Shown in pieces: positions 45,191 to 56,660 of a stretch of DNA of 64,000 nt (within the stretch, counting starts at the first letter, position 1; each line of letters opens with the position of its first letter). The DNA comes from an uncultured delta proteobacterium (GTDB lineage Bacteria > Myxococcota_A > UBA9160 > UBA4427). The position numbers and the translations under genes are program-made. Where the stretch lies: contig CAWGJT010000010.1 in assembly GCA_963822965.1 (NCBI GenBank), positions 512,001 through 576,000 of the forward strand. Reading direction: 5' to 3'. Under the pieces are notes generated by a model. It searched no databases, was not told the DNA's origin, and worked only from the letters and a program-made list of their open reading frames with translations.

Positions 45191-45703
45191 ATGGCCGTCC
45201 TGACCCGCGAGGTGATCCTGCGCGAGATCGAAGCGGGTCGCTTGTCGATCGATCCGTTCGCGCTCGATCAGGTGGGCGTCGCCTCGATCGACCTCACCCT
45301 GGGCGACGAGATCCGGGTCATCGAGAACGGCCCGACCCCGGTCGAGATCCTCGCCGAGACGGACTTTCGCGACCACACGCGGGTGCTGAGCCTGGGCGAC
45401 TCCTTCGTGCTCGAGCCCGGCGTCACCATCCACGGCATCACCCGGGAGCGCATCACGTTGCCGCCGGACCTGTGCGGCTTCCTCGAGGGCCGCAGCCGCT
45501 TCGCGCGCCTGGGGCTGATGGTTCACGTCACGTCGGCGTTCGTGCAGCCAGGCGTCTCGAATCGGCAGGTGCTCGAGATGAGCAACGTCTCGAGCCGCGC
45601 GCTGCGCATCCACGCCGGCGTTCGGGTCTGCCAGATCGTCCTGATGCGGACGGAAGGGCAGGCCGTGTATCACGGTCGCTTCGCGACCCAGGACGAGATC
45701 TGA
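45191..45703 (+). CDS. dcd: dCTP deaminase
   Basis: ASIDLTLG, TRERITLP, EGRSRFARLGL.VH, LEMSN, RVCQI. Confidence 0.85.
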   Translation: MAVLTREVILREIEAGRLSIDPFALDQVGVASIDLTLGDEIRVIENGPTPVEILAETDFRDHTRVLSLGDSFVLEPGVTIHGITRERITLPPDLCGFLEGRSRFARLGLMVHVTSAFVQPGVSNRQVLEMSNVSSRALRIHAGVRVCQIVLMRTEGQAVYHGRFATQDEI

Positions 45704-45778
45704 GCGGTCAGCGCCCCGCTGGGGCGCTGACTTGCAACCTGAGGACAACGCTGAGCGTTGTCCTCTTAGGAGACGCTC

Positions 45779-46216
45779 GTGCGGGCCGTCGTCCAGCGCG
45801 TGCGCGAGGCCCGGGTGCGGGTGGCGGGCGAGGTGGTCGCCGAGATGGGCCCGGGACTGCTGTGCCTGGTGGCCGTGCGCCAGGGCGACGGGAGCGGGCA
45901 GGCCCGGGAGCTGGCGCGCAAGCTCGTCCACCTGCGCGTGTTGCCGGACGAGGCGGGGCGCATGAACCGCTCGCTGCTCGACGCCGGAGGCACCCTCGGC
46001 GTGGTGTCGCAGTTCACGCTGTACGGCGACTGCTCCAAGGGAAGGCGGCCGTCCTTCGGAGACGCGGCGCCGCCGGAGCTGGCCGAGCCCCTGCTCGAGG
46101 AGCTGATCGGCTGTGCGCGCGCCGAAGGTGTGCCCGTCGTCACCGGTCGCTTCGGCGCCCACATGGACGTCGAGCTCGTGAACGCGGGGCCGGTGACACT
46201 GCTGGTCGACGTCTGA
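45779..46216 (+). CDS. dtd: D-aminoacyl-tRNA deacylase
   Basis: MRAVVQRV, VSQFTLYGD..KGRRPSF, GRFGAHM.V.LVN.GPVT. Confidence 0.93.
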   Translation: MRAVVQRVREARVRVAGEVVAEMGPGLLCLVAVRQGDGSGQARELARKLVHLRVLPDEAGRMNRSLLDAGGTLGVVSQFTLYGDCSKGRRPSFGDAAPPELAEPLLEELIGCARAEGVPVVTGRFGAHMDVELVNAGPVTLLVDV

Positions 46217-46391
46217 CAGCGCGCTGCGAAGCGTCCCCATTGCTCTCCTTCGGCCTCCCCATTGCTCTACCACCTCGGAAGCGGCAGACTCCCGCGCCGG
46301 GGGAAACGGCGGTTTAGCGCCGATAAGGAGAGGGAATGGACACCCGTACATCTGCAAGCCGGTCCGCAGGACCGGAACAGCCTTCGAGACC

Positions 46392-46795
46392 ATGAGGGGG
46401 GTCGCGCGCGCGTTCTCGTGGCGACCTGCGTGCTCTGCGCCGCACTGGCGCTGGCACCGGCCTCGGCCATCGCGGGCGAGACGGCCGAGATCTCCAAGAA
46501 CGCCGGCGTTGGAGTCGGCTCCGCGTTGGCGAGCCTGGTCTACGCGCCGGTGAAGCTCTGCTACGCGATCGGTGGGCTGGTGATCGGCGGCCTCGCCTGG
46601 GGCTTCTCGGGCGGGGACAACAACGTCGCCATGGTGGTGCTCACGCCGAGCGTGCTCGGCGACTACGTGGTCACGCCCGATCACCTGAGGGGCAAGAGCA
46701 CCCTCGAGTTCTTCGGCCGCGACCCGAAGTACGCGCCCGAGCAGGTCGATGTGGCCGCCTCGCCGCCCGATCCCGACTACGACGCGGCCTGGTAG
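46392..46795 (+). CDS. Hypothetical exported/membrane protein (start uncertain; probable homopolymer frameshift)
   Basis: Signal-peptide-like segment (LALAPASAIA), then SLVYAPVKLCYA.GG and GDYVVTP.HL. Confidence 0.6.
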
Positions 46796-46849
46796 CCCGA
46801 TTCGGATGCCGCCTGGTAGCCCCGGCTCCAGGCCGGCGCGCACGGTACG

Positions 46850-46892
46850 GGCCGCTACGGCCGGGGCGGGTCCCCGGCCGTAGCGGCCTTCT
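46850..46892 (+). terminator. Perfect 17-bp hairpin, probable terminator
   Basis: GGCCGCTACGGCCGGGG-CGGGT-CCCCGGCCGTAGCGGCC followed by TTCT; weak U-tract. Confidence 0.6.
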
Positions 46893-46998
46893 CAAGTGCG
46901 GGAGGCGCACGAAGGGCCTGCTCGCGATCGAGCCGAGCCGGGCGCGGACCCCGTTTGACGCCGAAGTTCCAGGGCAGGACACTAGGGCCCAAGCGCCC

Positions 46999-47772
46999 AT
47001 GCCCGAACTCTTCTCACAGGTGCCGCTGGCCTTCGCGGCCGGCCTGCTCTCGGTCTTCTCACCCTGCGTGATGCCGCTGATGCCCGCCTACCTCTCGCTC
47101 GTCTCGGGCATCTCCGTCGAGGAGATGCAGGAGGGGCGTTCGGACGCCGCGCTGCGGCGGCGCGTAATGCGCGCGTGCTTCGGCTTCGTCTCGGGCTTCT
47201 CGCTGGTCTTCGTGCTGATGGGGATCGGTGCCGTGGCCATCGGCCAGGCGATCCGCACCTGGCGGGCGGACGTGTTCGGGGTGGAGTTCGGCGTCGCCCA
47301 GCTGGCGGGCGTGCTGATCGTGCTGCTGGGCATCCACATGACGGGGCTGCTGCCGATCCGCGCCCTCTACCGGGACGCGCGCATCGACTTCAAGATGAGC
47401 GAGCGAAGCTTCTCGTCCACCTTCCTGGTGGGGGCGGGCTTCGCGTGCGGCTGGTCGCCGTGCATCGGTCCCATCCTCACCACCGTGCTGGCGCTCGCGG
47501 GCAGCCGCGACACCGTGGCCGAGGGGACGCTGCTGCTGGCGGTCTACTCGGCGGGGCTCGCGATCCCGTTCCTCGCCGCGGGCTGGAGCATCGAGTACTT
47601 CTTCCGCGCGTTCGCGCGGGTCCGCCAGCACTTCCGCAAGCTGGAGCTGGCCTCGGGGCTGCTGCTCATGGCGGTCGGAACCCTGCTCGTGACGGGGCAG
47701 CTGGCCAGCCTGAACAGCCACTTCGCGTTCCTCACGCGCTTCGTCACCGCCGCCGAGCGGGCCATTCAATGA
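46999..47772 (+). CDS. ccdA: Cytochrome c biogenesis protein CcdA
   Basis: AGLLSVFSPCVMPLMPAY and GWSPCIGPIL redox Cys motifs; multi-TM. Confidence 0.9.
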   Translation: MPELFSQVPLAFAAGLLSVFSPCVMPLMPAYLSLVSGISVEEMQEGRSDAALRRRVMRACFGFVSGFSLVFVLMGIGAVAIGQAIRTWRADVFGVEFGVAQLAGVLIVLLGIHMTGLLPIRALYRDARIDFKMSERSFSSTFLVGAGFACGWSPCIGPILTTVLALAGSRDTVAEGTLLLAVYSAGLAIPFLAAGWSIEYFFRAFARVRQHFRKLELASGLLLMAVGTLLVTGQLASLNSHFAFLTRFVTAAERAIQ

Positions 47773-48317
47773 GGGCGTGGCGAGGACCCTGCGCGCTGCT
47801 GCTGGGCATGCTGCTCGTTGCGGGATGCGACGACGCGCGGCCGGAGCCGGCGGCCGAGAGCGCGGCGCAGACCTCGGTGTCGGCCACCGAGCGACCGGCG
47901 GCTCCCGAGTTCGCGCTCGCGTCCCTGGCGGGTGACGTCGTCCGGCTGGCCGACCTGCGCGGCAAGACCGTGATCATCGACTTCTGGGCCACCTGGTGTC
48001 CGCCGTGCGAGTTCCAGGTGCCCGAGCTGAACGCCTTCTGGCAGGAGCACGCGAACGACGGCGACGTGGTGCTGCTGGGGGTCTCGGTGGACGCCGACGG
48101 TCCCGAGGTGGTGCGCGACTGGGCGCGGGACAAGGGGGTGCAGTACGAGGTGCTGGTGGGCGGCGAGGACCTGGCTCGTCGCTTCGGCGCCCTGGGCTTC
48201 CCCAGCCTGTACGTGATCGCGCCGGACGGCACCGTGGCCTCCGAGCACATCGGGCTGATCGAGGTGGGGACGCTCGAGGAGGCGCTGGCCCGCGAGCGCG
48301 AGCGGGACGCCGGCTGA
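47769..48317 (+). CDS. TlpA-family thiol:disulfide oxidoreductase lipoprotein
   Basis: Lipobox LVAGC; DFWATWCPPC; GFP cis-Pro motif. Confidence 0.88.
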   Translation: MRAWRGPCALLLGMLLVAGCDDARPEPAAESAAQTSVSATERPAAPEFALASLAGDVVRLADLRGKTVIIDFWATWCPPCEFQVPELNAFWQEHANDGDVVLLGVSVDADGPEVVRDWARDKGVQYEVLVGGEDLARRFGALGFPSLYVIAPDGTVASEHIGLIEVGTLEEALARERERDAG

Positions 48318-48504
48318 ATCCGAATCGGAAGCCGTCCTCCCGGGCGTTGCCGCGGTGCCCCTGCGCGGGAGCCGCCCCGAGGCCGTCCTAAAGCCCGGAC
48401 CGCGATCGGACGATTCGCCCCGAGAGCGCGTTCCCACCCGGTCGCACCCGGCTCTCGGCCGCCGCCGGACGGGGCAACGCCCGGCGGAACCGGAGGGGCA
48501 GAGC

Positions 48505-49128
48505 GTGGCTGGCGAGAACACCCAGATGCTCGTGCGCGATACCTACGAGCGCTCGTTCGAGGCAGGCTCCGTCATCTTCGAGGAGGGCGACCCCGGCGAG
48601 GTGCTCTTCGTGATCCAGGCCGGCGAGGTCGAGCTGACCCGCCTCGGGCTGATGGGGCGCCAGGCCGTGGCTCGGCTCGGCTGCGGCGACTTCTTCGGCG
48701 AGATGAGCGTGGTCGTCCGGGAGCCGCGCACGGCCCGCGCGGTCGCCATCAGCGACTGCCGATTGATCGAGCTCGACGGGGCCACCCTCGAGGCGATGTG
48801 CGTGGAGCGACCCGAGATCGCGATTCGCATCATCCGCCGCCTGACCGACCGGCTGATCGACTCGGAGCGCCGGCTCTCCGCGCTCGGGGTCGACGATCTG
48901 CTGCGACCCGTGGTGCGGGCGATGGTCCGCAACGCGAACGCCGAGGGCGAGGGCTTCCGGATTCCCGGCACCCTGCGCAGCCTCGCCGACGAGTCGGGCC
49001 TCAGCATGATGGAAGCGCACCGGGCACTGCACCAGCTGCTCGACCAGAAGCTCGTCCGCCTGGTGGACGACGTGCTGACCGCGCCCGATCTCGAGAAGCT
49101 CTCCGCCTGCCTCGACAGCCCGGCGTGA
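48505..49128 (+). CDS. Crp/Fnr-family cyclic-nucleotide-binding regulator
   Basis: IFEEGDPG..LFVIQAGEV, GDFFGEMS, PRTARA; C-terminal HTH-like segment. Confidence 0.82.
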   Translation: MAGENTQMLVRDTYERSFEAGSVIFEEGDPGEVLFVIQAGEVELTRLGLMGRQAVARLGCGDFFGEMSVVVREPRTARAVAISDCRLIELDGATLEAMCVERPEIAIRIIRRLTDRLIDSERRLSALGVDDLLRPVVRAMVRNANAEGEGFRIPGTLRSLADESGLSMMEAHRALHQLLDQKLVRLVDDVLTAPDLEKLSACLDSPA

Positions 49129-49213
49129 GACCCGGCGCCACGGTGGGCCCCCACTGCTCGCGTTGACCCTGCGGGAACGACTCTGATAGCGTGGCCCCAC
49201 GCTCGCTCCGGGT

Positions 49214-51763
49214 GTGGGGGGCACTCCTCTGTCGCTGCGTCGAGAGCCGCATGGAGAGTCGCCGCGTCGCGTCGCGCGCCGGGCTGCGGCTCTCGTCCTG
49301 CTGTTGCTCCTCCGGGCGGGCGACGCCCGGGCGCTGCCCGACCACGAGCTGCGGCGGGACGTCCCCACCGAGATCACCGCAGACCGCATCGTCTACGAGA
49401 CGCAGCGCCAGGTCTACATCGCCGAGGGGTCGGCGCACGTGGTGCAGGGCGAGCGCCGCATCGACGCGGATTGGCTGGTCTTCAACCGCGTCACGCGGCG
49501 CGGCATCGCCGTCGGGAACGTCCGGGTGGACGACGGGACCGGCGTGCTCGAGGCCCGCTTCGTCGAGTTCGACGCCCGGGGACAGCAGGGACTCGTGGTG
49601 GACGGCCGCCTCGACATGGGCGAGGGCGACTTCCGCATGGCGGCTCGCGAGCTCGAGAAGACCGGCGAGGAGACCTACACCGCCCGGGACGCGAGCTTCT
49701 CCACCTGCCGTTGCCCGGACGAGGAGTCGCGCCTGCCCTGGCAGGTGAACGCCGAGGACGCGGACGTCGAGCTCGGCGACTACGCCACCGTCAAGAACGC
49801 CACCGTCGACGTGCTGGGCGTGCCCGGGGTGTGGCTGCCGTGGCTGATGTTCCCGGTGAAGACCGACCGGGCGAGCGGAGTGCTGCCACCCGAGTTCAAG
49901 ATCGGCGGGGGCAACGGCTTCGACGTGGCGCTGCCGTTCTTCTGGGCCGCGCGGTACAACGTGAACGTGGTCCTGACGCCGCGCTACCTGACCTCCCGCG
50001 GCTTCAAGCCCGAGCTCCAGGTGGAGACCGTCTATGGCGAGAAGTCCTGGACCAACCTCTACCTGAGCTACCTGCACGACCAGAATCCCGATCAGGCGAC
50101 CCTGACCCGGCTCGTGCCGCCCGTGCCGCCCGAGACGACGCCCGAAGAGACGACGGTCAAGAAGGACGTCTACAACCCCAACCGCTGGGCCGTCCTCTTC
50201 GACAACGACGTCTACGCCCCGGCCGACGTCCGCCTGCGCACGGACATCCAGGTCGTCTCCGACAACGAGTACCCCCGCGACTTCGACGAGCTGCGGAACG
50301 AGCGGCGCGACCGCTTCCTGGAGTCGACGGCCTTCGGGTTCCGTCACTTCGGCGCCGACGGGAGCGGCGCCGTGGTGGTCTCGGCGCTCTATCGCGACGA
50401 CCGGCAGAACCCGGACCGGGTCGACCGGGACAAGTTCCTGCTCCAGCGGGCGCCCGACGTGCAGCTCGGCTGGATGCCGACCCGCGTCGAGTCGCTCGGC
50501 GGCCTCGAGCTCGGTCTCGACGCGGACTACACCGACTTCTGGTCGTACCGGAAGGCGCAGAACGTGCTCGATCTCACGCCCATGAGCGGCGGCGTCGTCG
50601 GCGACGACCTCTTCCTGGACATCGGCATCGCCGCCGTGCCCGACGCCATCCCGCCGGAGCAGAGCTTCAAGTTCGGGGTCGACGACGGCCGCTTCGAAGA
50701 GGGGGAGCCGCTGGCCGACCGCGGCCAGCGGGTGATCCTGAATCCGCACCTGGGTCGGCCGTTCCGTCTCTTCGACGCGCTCGAGGTGAAGCCCGAGGTC
50801 GGCTGGCAGCAGGCGCTCTACACCACCGAGGCGCAGAGCTTTGCGGACCGCGGCGTGCTGACCGGGCGCTTGGACCTCACGACGCAGCTCCTGGGAGAGG
50901 CCGACCTGCCCGGGCTGCCGCCGCTTCAGCACCTGCTGGAGCCCCGGGCTTCCTGGGCCTACCTGCGCAAGATGAGCGGCCACCAGGAGGGGAACCCGCT
51001 CTTCGTTCCCCGCACGGCGGTGCCCCAGCGGCGCATCCGCCAGCTGAGCCTCGACAACGTCGTCCTCGACGCGGCGGACCGGGTCTTCGACGCGAACGTC
51101 GTCACCCTGGGCTTCGGCAACCAGTTCTACCGCGGCGAGGGGGAGGCCCGGGCGCTGGCCGGTCAGCTCGACTTCTCGGTGGCCTACGACTTCGCGCGCG
51201 GAGGCGACTTCCAGCTCGCCGTCGCCGACGGCCAGATCTTCGCCGCACAGGGGATCCGGACCCGGTTCAACGTGGCATACGACATCGACCACACGCGCTT
51301 CGATCAGGGGCTCTTCGACGTGGCCCTGCCCCTGGAGCACCGCCTGGGACTCAAGCGGAGCAGCTACGTGAGCCTGGGCTATCGCTACCGCCAGGCCGTC
51401 CCGCTCTTCTTCGAGAACTTTCGCAGCGTGCAGGACGTGGATTCCATCGGCGGGGGATTCAACCACTACCGCAACGATTTCTCCCGCATCAACCAGGTGA
51501 CCGCCTCGACGCGCCTGCGGCTCACCGACAACTGGGCCGTCGAGTACCAGATGGGATACAGCCTCCACCGCTCGATCCTGCTCACGAACCGTGGCGGGCT
51601 CGAGTACACGTCCACGTGCCAGTGCTGGGCGGTTCGGGTCCAGGCGGAGAACGACCGCGCCCGGGGCTTCCAGGCGGGCGTTCAGTTCCAGGTGCTCGGC
51701 TTCGGGGCCGACCCGGCCAATCCCTTCCAGGGCGGTGGGCTGATCGGCTTCGGCCTGTTCTGA
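49214..51763 (+). CDS. lptD: LPS-assembly protein LptD
   Basis: OstA-like N-terminus (ITADRIVY, AEG, IDAD), FSTC, PVKTDRASGVL.P, LPFFWA, beta-barrel ending in CWAV. Confidence 0.85.
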   Translation: MGGTPLSLRREPHGESPRRVARRAAALVLLLLLRAGDARALPDHELRRDVPTEITADRIVYETQRQVYIAEGSAHVVQGERRIDADWLVFNRVTRRGIAVGNVRVDDGTGVLEARFVEFDARGQQGLVVDGRLDMGEGDFRMAARELEKTGEETYTARDASFSTCRCPDEESRLPWQVNAEDADVELGDYATVKNATVDVLGVPGVWLPWLMFPVKTDRASGVLPPEFKIGGGNGFDVALPFFWAARYNVNVVLTPRYLTSRGFKPELQVETVYGEKSWTNLYLSYLHDQNPDQATLTRLVPPVPPETTPEETTVKKDVYNPNRWAVLFDNDVYAPADVRLRTDIQVVSDNEYPRDFDELRNERRDRFLESTAFGFRHFGADGSGAVVVSALYRDDRQNPDRVDRDKFLLQRAPDVQLGWMPTRVESLGGLELGLDADYTDFWSYRKAQNVLDLTPMSGGVVGDDLFLDIGIAAVPDAIPPEQSFKFGVDDGRFEEGEPLADRGQRVILNPHLGRPFRLFDALEVKPEVGWQQALYTTEAQSFADRGVLTGRLDLTTQLLGEADLPGLPPLQHLLEPRASWAYLRKMSGHQEGNPLFVPRTAVPQRRIRQLSLDNVVLDAADRVFDANVVTLGFGNQFYRGEGEARALAGQLDFSVAYDFARGGDFQLAVADGQIFAAQGIRTRFNVAYDIDHTRFDQGLFDVALPLEHRLGLKRSSYVSLGYRYRQAVPLFFENFRSVQDVDSIGGGFNHYRNDFSRINQVTASTRLRLTDNWAVEYQMGYSLHRSILLTNRGGLEYTSTCQCWAVRVQAENDRARGFQAGVQFQVLGFGADPANPFQGGGLIGFGLF

Positions 51764-51800
51764 GCGCGCCGACCCCCGGCCGCGGCGGTCGAGACGTCGG

Positions 51801-51829
51801 TTGACGCCCCCCCGGGCCTGGGGTACCAA
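51801..51829 (+). promoter_or_regulatory. Putative sigma70 promoter of the trp operon
   Basis: TTGACG-N17-TACCAA, 70 nt upstream of trpE. Confidence 0.5.
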
Positions 51830-51898
51830 CCGGAATCGTTCGGCTTTCTGCCATCTTCCCCACGTTTCCCCGCGTGCTCCGGGGTCCCAGAGGCTGGG

Positions 51899-53425
51899 GT
51901 GCTCCGCCCGTCCCTCGAAGAATTCGAAGCCTGCTCGAAGCGCGGCAACCTGATTCCGGTCGTGCGCGAGATCCTGGCCGACCTCGACACGCCGCTCTCG
52001 CTGTTCCGGCGGATCGACGACGGGCGCACGAGCTTCCTGCTCGAGTCCGTCGAGGGCGGCGAGAAGTGGGCCCGCTACAGCTTCATGGGCACCGGCGCGC
52101 GCGCCAACTTCACGTGCCCGCGGGTCGCGACGTCACCTGGGTGGAGCACGCCGAGGGCGATGCCGCCGACACGCGGGAGGAGCGCGTCACGCGTCTCCGG
52201 CGATCCGCTCGAGTTCCTGCGCGACAAGCTTCGAGGACTGCACCACGTGACGCCCGAGGGCTTCGAGCTGGCCGCGCTTCCTCGGCGGGGCCGTGGGCAT
52301 GGTCGGCTACGACTGGGTGCGCTTCGTCGAGCGGCATCCCGCGATGCGAACCCCGACGAGCTCGGCCTGCCCGACCTGTGCTTCGTGCTGCCGGAGACGG
52401 TCGTCGTCTACGACAACATCCGGCACACGGCCCTGATCGTGCGCCACGTCGCAGCTGCAGCCCGGGCGACGACCCGAAGCGGCGCTATGCCGAGGCGGGC
52501 CGCGCGCTCGAGGAGACGGTGCGTCGGCTGCGCGCAGCCGCTCGCCGGCCGAGCCGACGCGGCCGCCGGTCCGCGAGCCCATGGACGTCGAGCGCAGCAT
52601 GACCCGGGAGGCCTTCCACGAGATCGTCGAAGCGGGCCAAGGAGTACATCGAGGCGGGCGACATCTTCCAGGTGGTGCTGTCGCAGCAGTTCCGGATTCC
52701 CCTGCAGGTGGACCCCTTCTCGATCTACCGGCACCTGCGCTCGATCAACCCGAGCCCCTACCTCTTCTTCGTGCGCGGTCGCGGGAGCCGATGCTGGTCG
52801 GCTCGTCGCCGGAGATCCTGGTGCGTCTGGAGGACGGGCGGATGGACGTGCGCCCGATCGCCGGCACGCGCCGACGCGGCGCGCTCGCCCGAGGAGGACC
52901 TGCTTCTGGAGGAGGAGCTGCTCGCCGACCCGAAGGAGCGCGCCGAGCACGTGATGCTGGTGGACCTCGGCCGCAACGACGTCGGCCGGGTGGCCGAGAT
53001 CGGCATCGGTGCACGTGAACGAGTACGCGACGATCGAGCGCTACTCCCACGTGATGCACATCGTCTCCAACGTGCAGGCCGGCTGCGCCCCGGGCTCGAC
53101 TGGCTCGACCTGCTGCGCGCGACCTTCCCGGCCGGCACCCTCTCCGGCGCGCCCAAGGTGCGCGCCATGGAGATCATCGACGAGCTCGAGACGCGTGCGG
53201 CCGCGGCCCCTACGGGGGCTGCGTCGGCTACATCGACTACTCGGGCAACATGGACATGGCGATCACGATCCGGACGATGGTCGTCGCAGGACGGCTAGAT
53301 CACCGTGCAGCGCGGGCGCCGGCATCGTCGCGGACTCGGAGCCCGAGCTCGAGTTCAAGGAGACGGTGAACAAGGCCCGGGCGCTGGTCCAGGCCATCGA
53401 CCTGGCCCGCGAGGGATGCGACTGA
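51899..53425 (+). CDS. trpE: Anthranilate synthase component I (many frameshifts)
   Basis: [72 protein letters not shown]. Confidence 0.93.
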
Positions 53426-53442
53426 GCCCTCGTCCCGCCGGC

Positions 53443-54041
53443 ATGCGTCTGCTGATGATCGACAACTACGACTCGTTCACGTACAACCTCGTCCAGTACC
53501 TGGGCGAGCTCGGCGCCGAGGTCGACGTGCGTCCGCAACGACGTCGAGGACGTGGACGCGCTGATGCGCGCGCACGCCCGACGGGCGTGGTGATCTCGCC
53601 GGGCCCGGGCGAGCCGACCGAGGCGGGCGTCTCGATCGACGTGGTGCAGCGCTTCTCGCGCGGCGGGCGTGCCCGGTGCTCGGGCGTCTGCCTCGGCCAC
53701 CAGGCGATCGGCGTGGCCTTCGGGGGCGCATCGTGCGCGCGCGCTCGATCATGCACGGCAAGACCTCCAAGATCGAGCACGAGGGCGCGGCGTCTTCGCC
53801 GGGCTGCCCGCAGCCCTTCGAGGCCACCCGCTACCACTCGCTGGTGATCGAGCGAGGCGAGCTGTCCCGACGTGCTGCGAGATCACGGCGCGCACGGCGG
53901 ACGGCGAGATCATGGGGGTGCGCCATCGCGAGCTGCCCGTCGAGGGCGTGCAGTTCCACCCCGAGTCGATCCTGACCGGGCGAGGGCAAGCAGCTGCTGG
54001 CGAACTTCCTCGGCGCGCTGTCGCGGGCGGCCGCGCGATGA
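53443..54041 (+). CDS. trpG: Anthranilate synthase component II (frameshifted)
   Basis: [38 protein letters not shown]. Confidence 0.93.
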
Positions 54042-55101
54042 GCCTGCGCGACGCCATCGCGATCGCCGTGTCCGGCGAGGAGGTGCCCGCCGGCGTGCTC
54101 GAGGCCGGCCTTCGGCGAGATCATGGACGGGAAGGCGTCGCCCGCCCGCGATCGCGGCGCTGCTCGTGGCGCTGCGCACGAAGGGCGAGACCGTGGGCGA
54201 GATCGTGGCGGCGGCGCGGGCGCTGCGCGCCCGGGCCTCGACGATCCGGGCCGCAGACCCGCGCACGGTCGACACCTGCGGCACCGGCGGCGAGCGGCCT
54301 CGACACCTTCAACATCTCGACGACCGCCGCCTTCGTCGTGGCCGGGCGCCGGCGTGCCCGTGGCGAAGCACGGCAACCGCGCCGCCAGCCGCCGCACCGG
54401 CAGCTTCGACGTCCTCGAGGCGCTCGGGGTCGCGCATCGACCTGCCGATCGAGGCGCTGCGGCGCGCATCCTCGACGACGGTGGGGATCGCGCCGTTCTT
54501 CGCCCGACGCGCCCACCCGGCGATGCGCCACGCGGCGCCCGTGCGCGCGGGAGCTCGGCGTCCGGACGCTGATGAACTGCATCGGGCCGCTGCTGAACCC
54601 GGCGGGCGTCCGCTACCAGCTGGTCGGCTGTCTACGACGCGCGCTGGGTCGAGCCCCTGGCCCGGGCCCTCGGCGCGCTCGGCGCCGAGCGCGCCCTGGT
54701 GGTGCACGGCTCGGACGGGCTCGACGAGCTCACGACGACCGGTCCGAGCCACGCGGCGCTGTTCGACGCCGCGAAGGGCGACGCGAGCGCCGGTGCGGTG
54801 GAGGTGTTCGAGGTCGATCCCGCGCAGCTCGGCCTGCCGCGGGCGAGCCTGGCCGACCTCGCCGGGGGCGAGCCCCGCGAGAACGCCCGGCATCCTGCGC
54901 GCGGTCCTCGACGGCGAGACCGGGCCGCGGCGCGACGTCGTGCTGCTGGCGGCCGCGGCGGCGCTGTGGGTGGCCGAGAAGGCGTCGTCGGCTCGCCGAG
55001 GGGATCGAGCAGGCGCGCGAGCGAGCATCGACTCGGGCGCCGCCGCGGCGAAGCTCGACGCCCTGGTGAAGGCGACCACGCGGAGGCCGCGCGCGGCATG
55101 A
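54038..55101 (+). CDS. trpD: Anthranilate phosphoribosyltransferase (frameshifted)
   Basis: KGET, DTCGTGG, FNIST, KHGNR, HPAMR, GPLLNP, GLDE. Confidence 0.92.
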
Positions 55102-55967
55102 GCGCCGGCACGACGATCCTCGACGAGATCCTCGCCGCACAAGCGGCGTGGAGGTGGCGCGGGCGCGAGAGCGCAGCGGCGCCGGCGGAGATGGCCGCCC
55201 GTGCCGAGGCGCTGCGCGAGCCGACCCGGGGCTTTCGCGAGGCCCTGGTGCGCCACGAGCCGCCCGCGGTGATCGCGGAGCTGAAGCGGCGCTCTCCGAG
55301 CAAGGGCGAGATCCGCCCGGGCTTCGACCCGGTCGCCTGCGCGCGGGACTACGCGGCGGGCGGGGCGGCGTGCCTCTCGGTGCTCACCGACGAGCACTAC
55401 TTCGGTGGCCACCTCGACATCCTGCGAGCCGTTCGGGAAGCGGTCGCCCTGCCGCTGCTGCGCAAGGACTTCAGCGATCGACGCGTACCAGATCGACGAG
55501 GCCCGCGTGGCCGGGGCCGACGCCGTCCTGCTGATCGTCGGGAATCCTCGACGACGAGGCGCTGGCGGCGCTTCGCGCCGCGGGCCCGGGCGCTCGGGCT
55601 CGACGCCCTGGTCGAGGTACACGACGAGGTGGAGCTCGAGCGCGCGCTGGCGGCGGGCGCGGATCTGGTCGGCGTCAACAACCGCGACCTGCGCGACGTT
55701 CGAGGTGGATCTCGGCACGACGGCGCGGCTGGCGGCGCGGATTCCGGCGGGCCGGGACGTCCTGCTCGTGGCCGAGAGCGGCATCTGCGGCCACGCGGAC
55801 GTCGAGCGGCTCTTCCAGGCTGGTGCGCGGGCGTTTCTCGTGGGAGAGTCTTTGATGCGCCGGCCGGACGTGGCCCGGGCGCTGCGCGAGCTGCGGGGCG
55901 GGGAGCCGACGCAGGAACGGGGCCCGGGGGCGGGCACCGGTGCGCGAATCGAGGGAGGAGCTCGTGA
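55098..55967 (+). CDS. trpC: Indole-3-glycerol phosphate synthase (frameshifted)
   Basis: [53 protein letters not shown]. Confidence 0.93.
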   Translation: MSAGTTILDEILAAQAAWRWRGRESAAAPAEMAARAEALREPTRGFREALVRHEPPAVIAELKRRSPSKGEIRPGFDPVACARDYAAGGAACLSVLTDEHYFGGHLDILRAVREAVALPLLRKDFSDRRVPDRRGPRGRGRRRPADRRESSTTRRWRRFAPRARALGLDALVEVHDEVELERALAAGADLVGVNNRDLRDVRGGSRHDGAAGGADSGGPGRPARGRERHLRPRGRRAALPGWCAGVSRGRVFDAPAGRGPGAARAAGRGADAGTGPGGGHRCANRGRSS

Positions 55968-56633
55968 GCGGGAGCGTTCGCATCAAGATCTGTGGCATCC
56001 GGACACCGGACGACGCGGCGGCCGCCGTGGAGGCCGGCGCCGACCTGATCGGGGTGAACTTCGTTCCCGATTCGCCCCGGTGCGTCGACGTGTCCACGGC
56101 CGAGGAGATCTGCCGGCGGTCGAGGGCTCCGGGCGTCGAGCGGGTCGCCCTGTTCCGCGACGCCACCTGGGACGAGATCGAGCACGTGCTGCGGCGCGTG
56201 CGACTTCGACCGCGTGCAGTTCCACGGCGACGAGACCGAGGAGGAGGTGGAGGAGGTCGACCTGCCGGTCATCAAGGCGATCCGCGGCGCCGACCTCGAG
56301 GCCGCCGAGACCTACCCGGGGACCATCCTGCTGCTGGACCACCCGAGCGAGGGCGGCGGGCGCGGCAAGGCCTGGGACTGGAGCGAGGCCGCCGAGCTGA
56401 TCGCGCACGGCCACGACGTGATCCTGGCGGGCGGCCTCAGCCCGGAGAACGTGGGGCAGGCCTTGGGAGACATCGGCGAGCTACTGCCCTGGGGCGTCGA
56501 CTGCGCGACCGGGGTCGAGGGAGAGGGGTACCGCAAGGACCCCGACAAGATGAAGGCCTTCGTCGCGGCGGTCCGCCAGGCGGAGGACGCGGGCACCGGC
56601 GGCCGCGCGAAGCCCGGCGAGAACGAGGCCTGA
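55964..56633 (+). CDS. trpF: Phosphoribosylanthranilate isomerase (frameshifted)
   Basis: [43 protein letters not shown]. Confidence 0.9.
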
Positions 56634-56660
56634 GACCGGCCGGAGAGAGCCCGAACATCC

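Noticed and set aside
51764..51898. Trp attenuator or T-box upstream of trpE
   Set aside because: No leader ORF with tandem Trp codons and no hairpin with a U-tract; only a promoter-like element.
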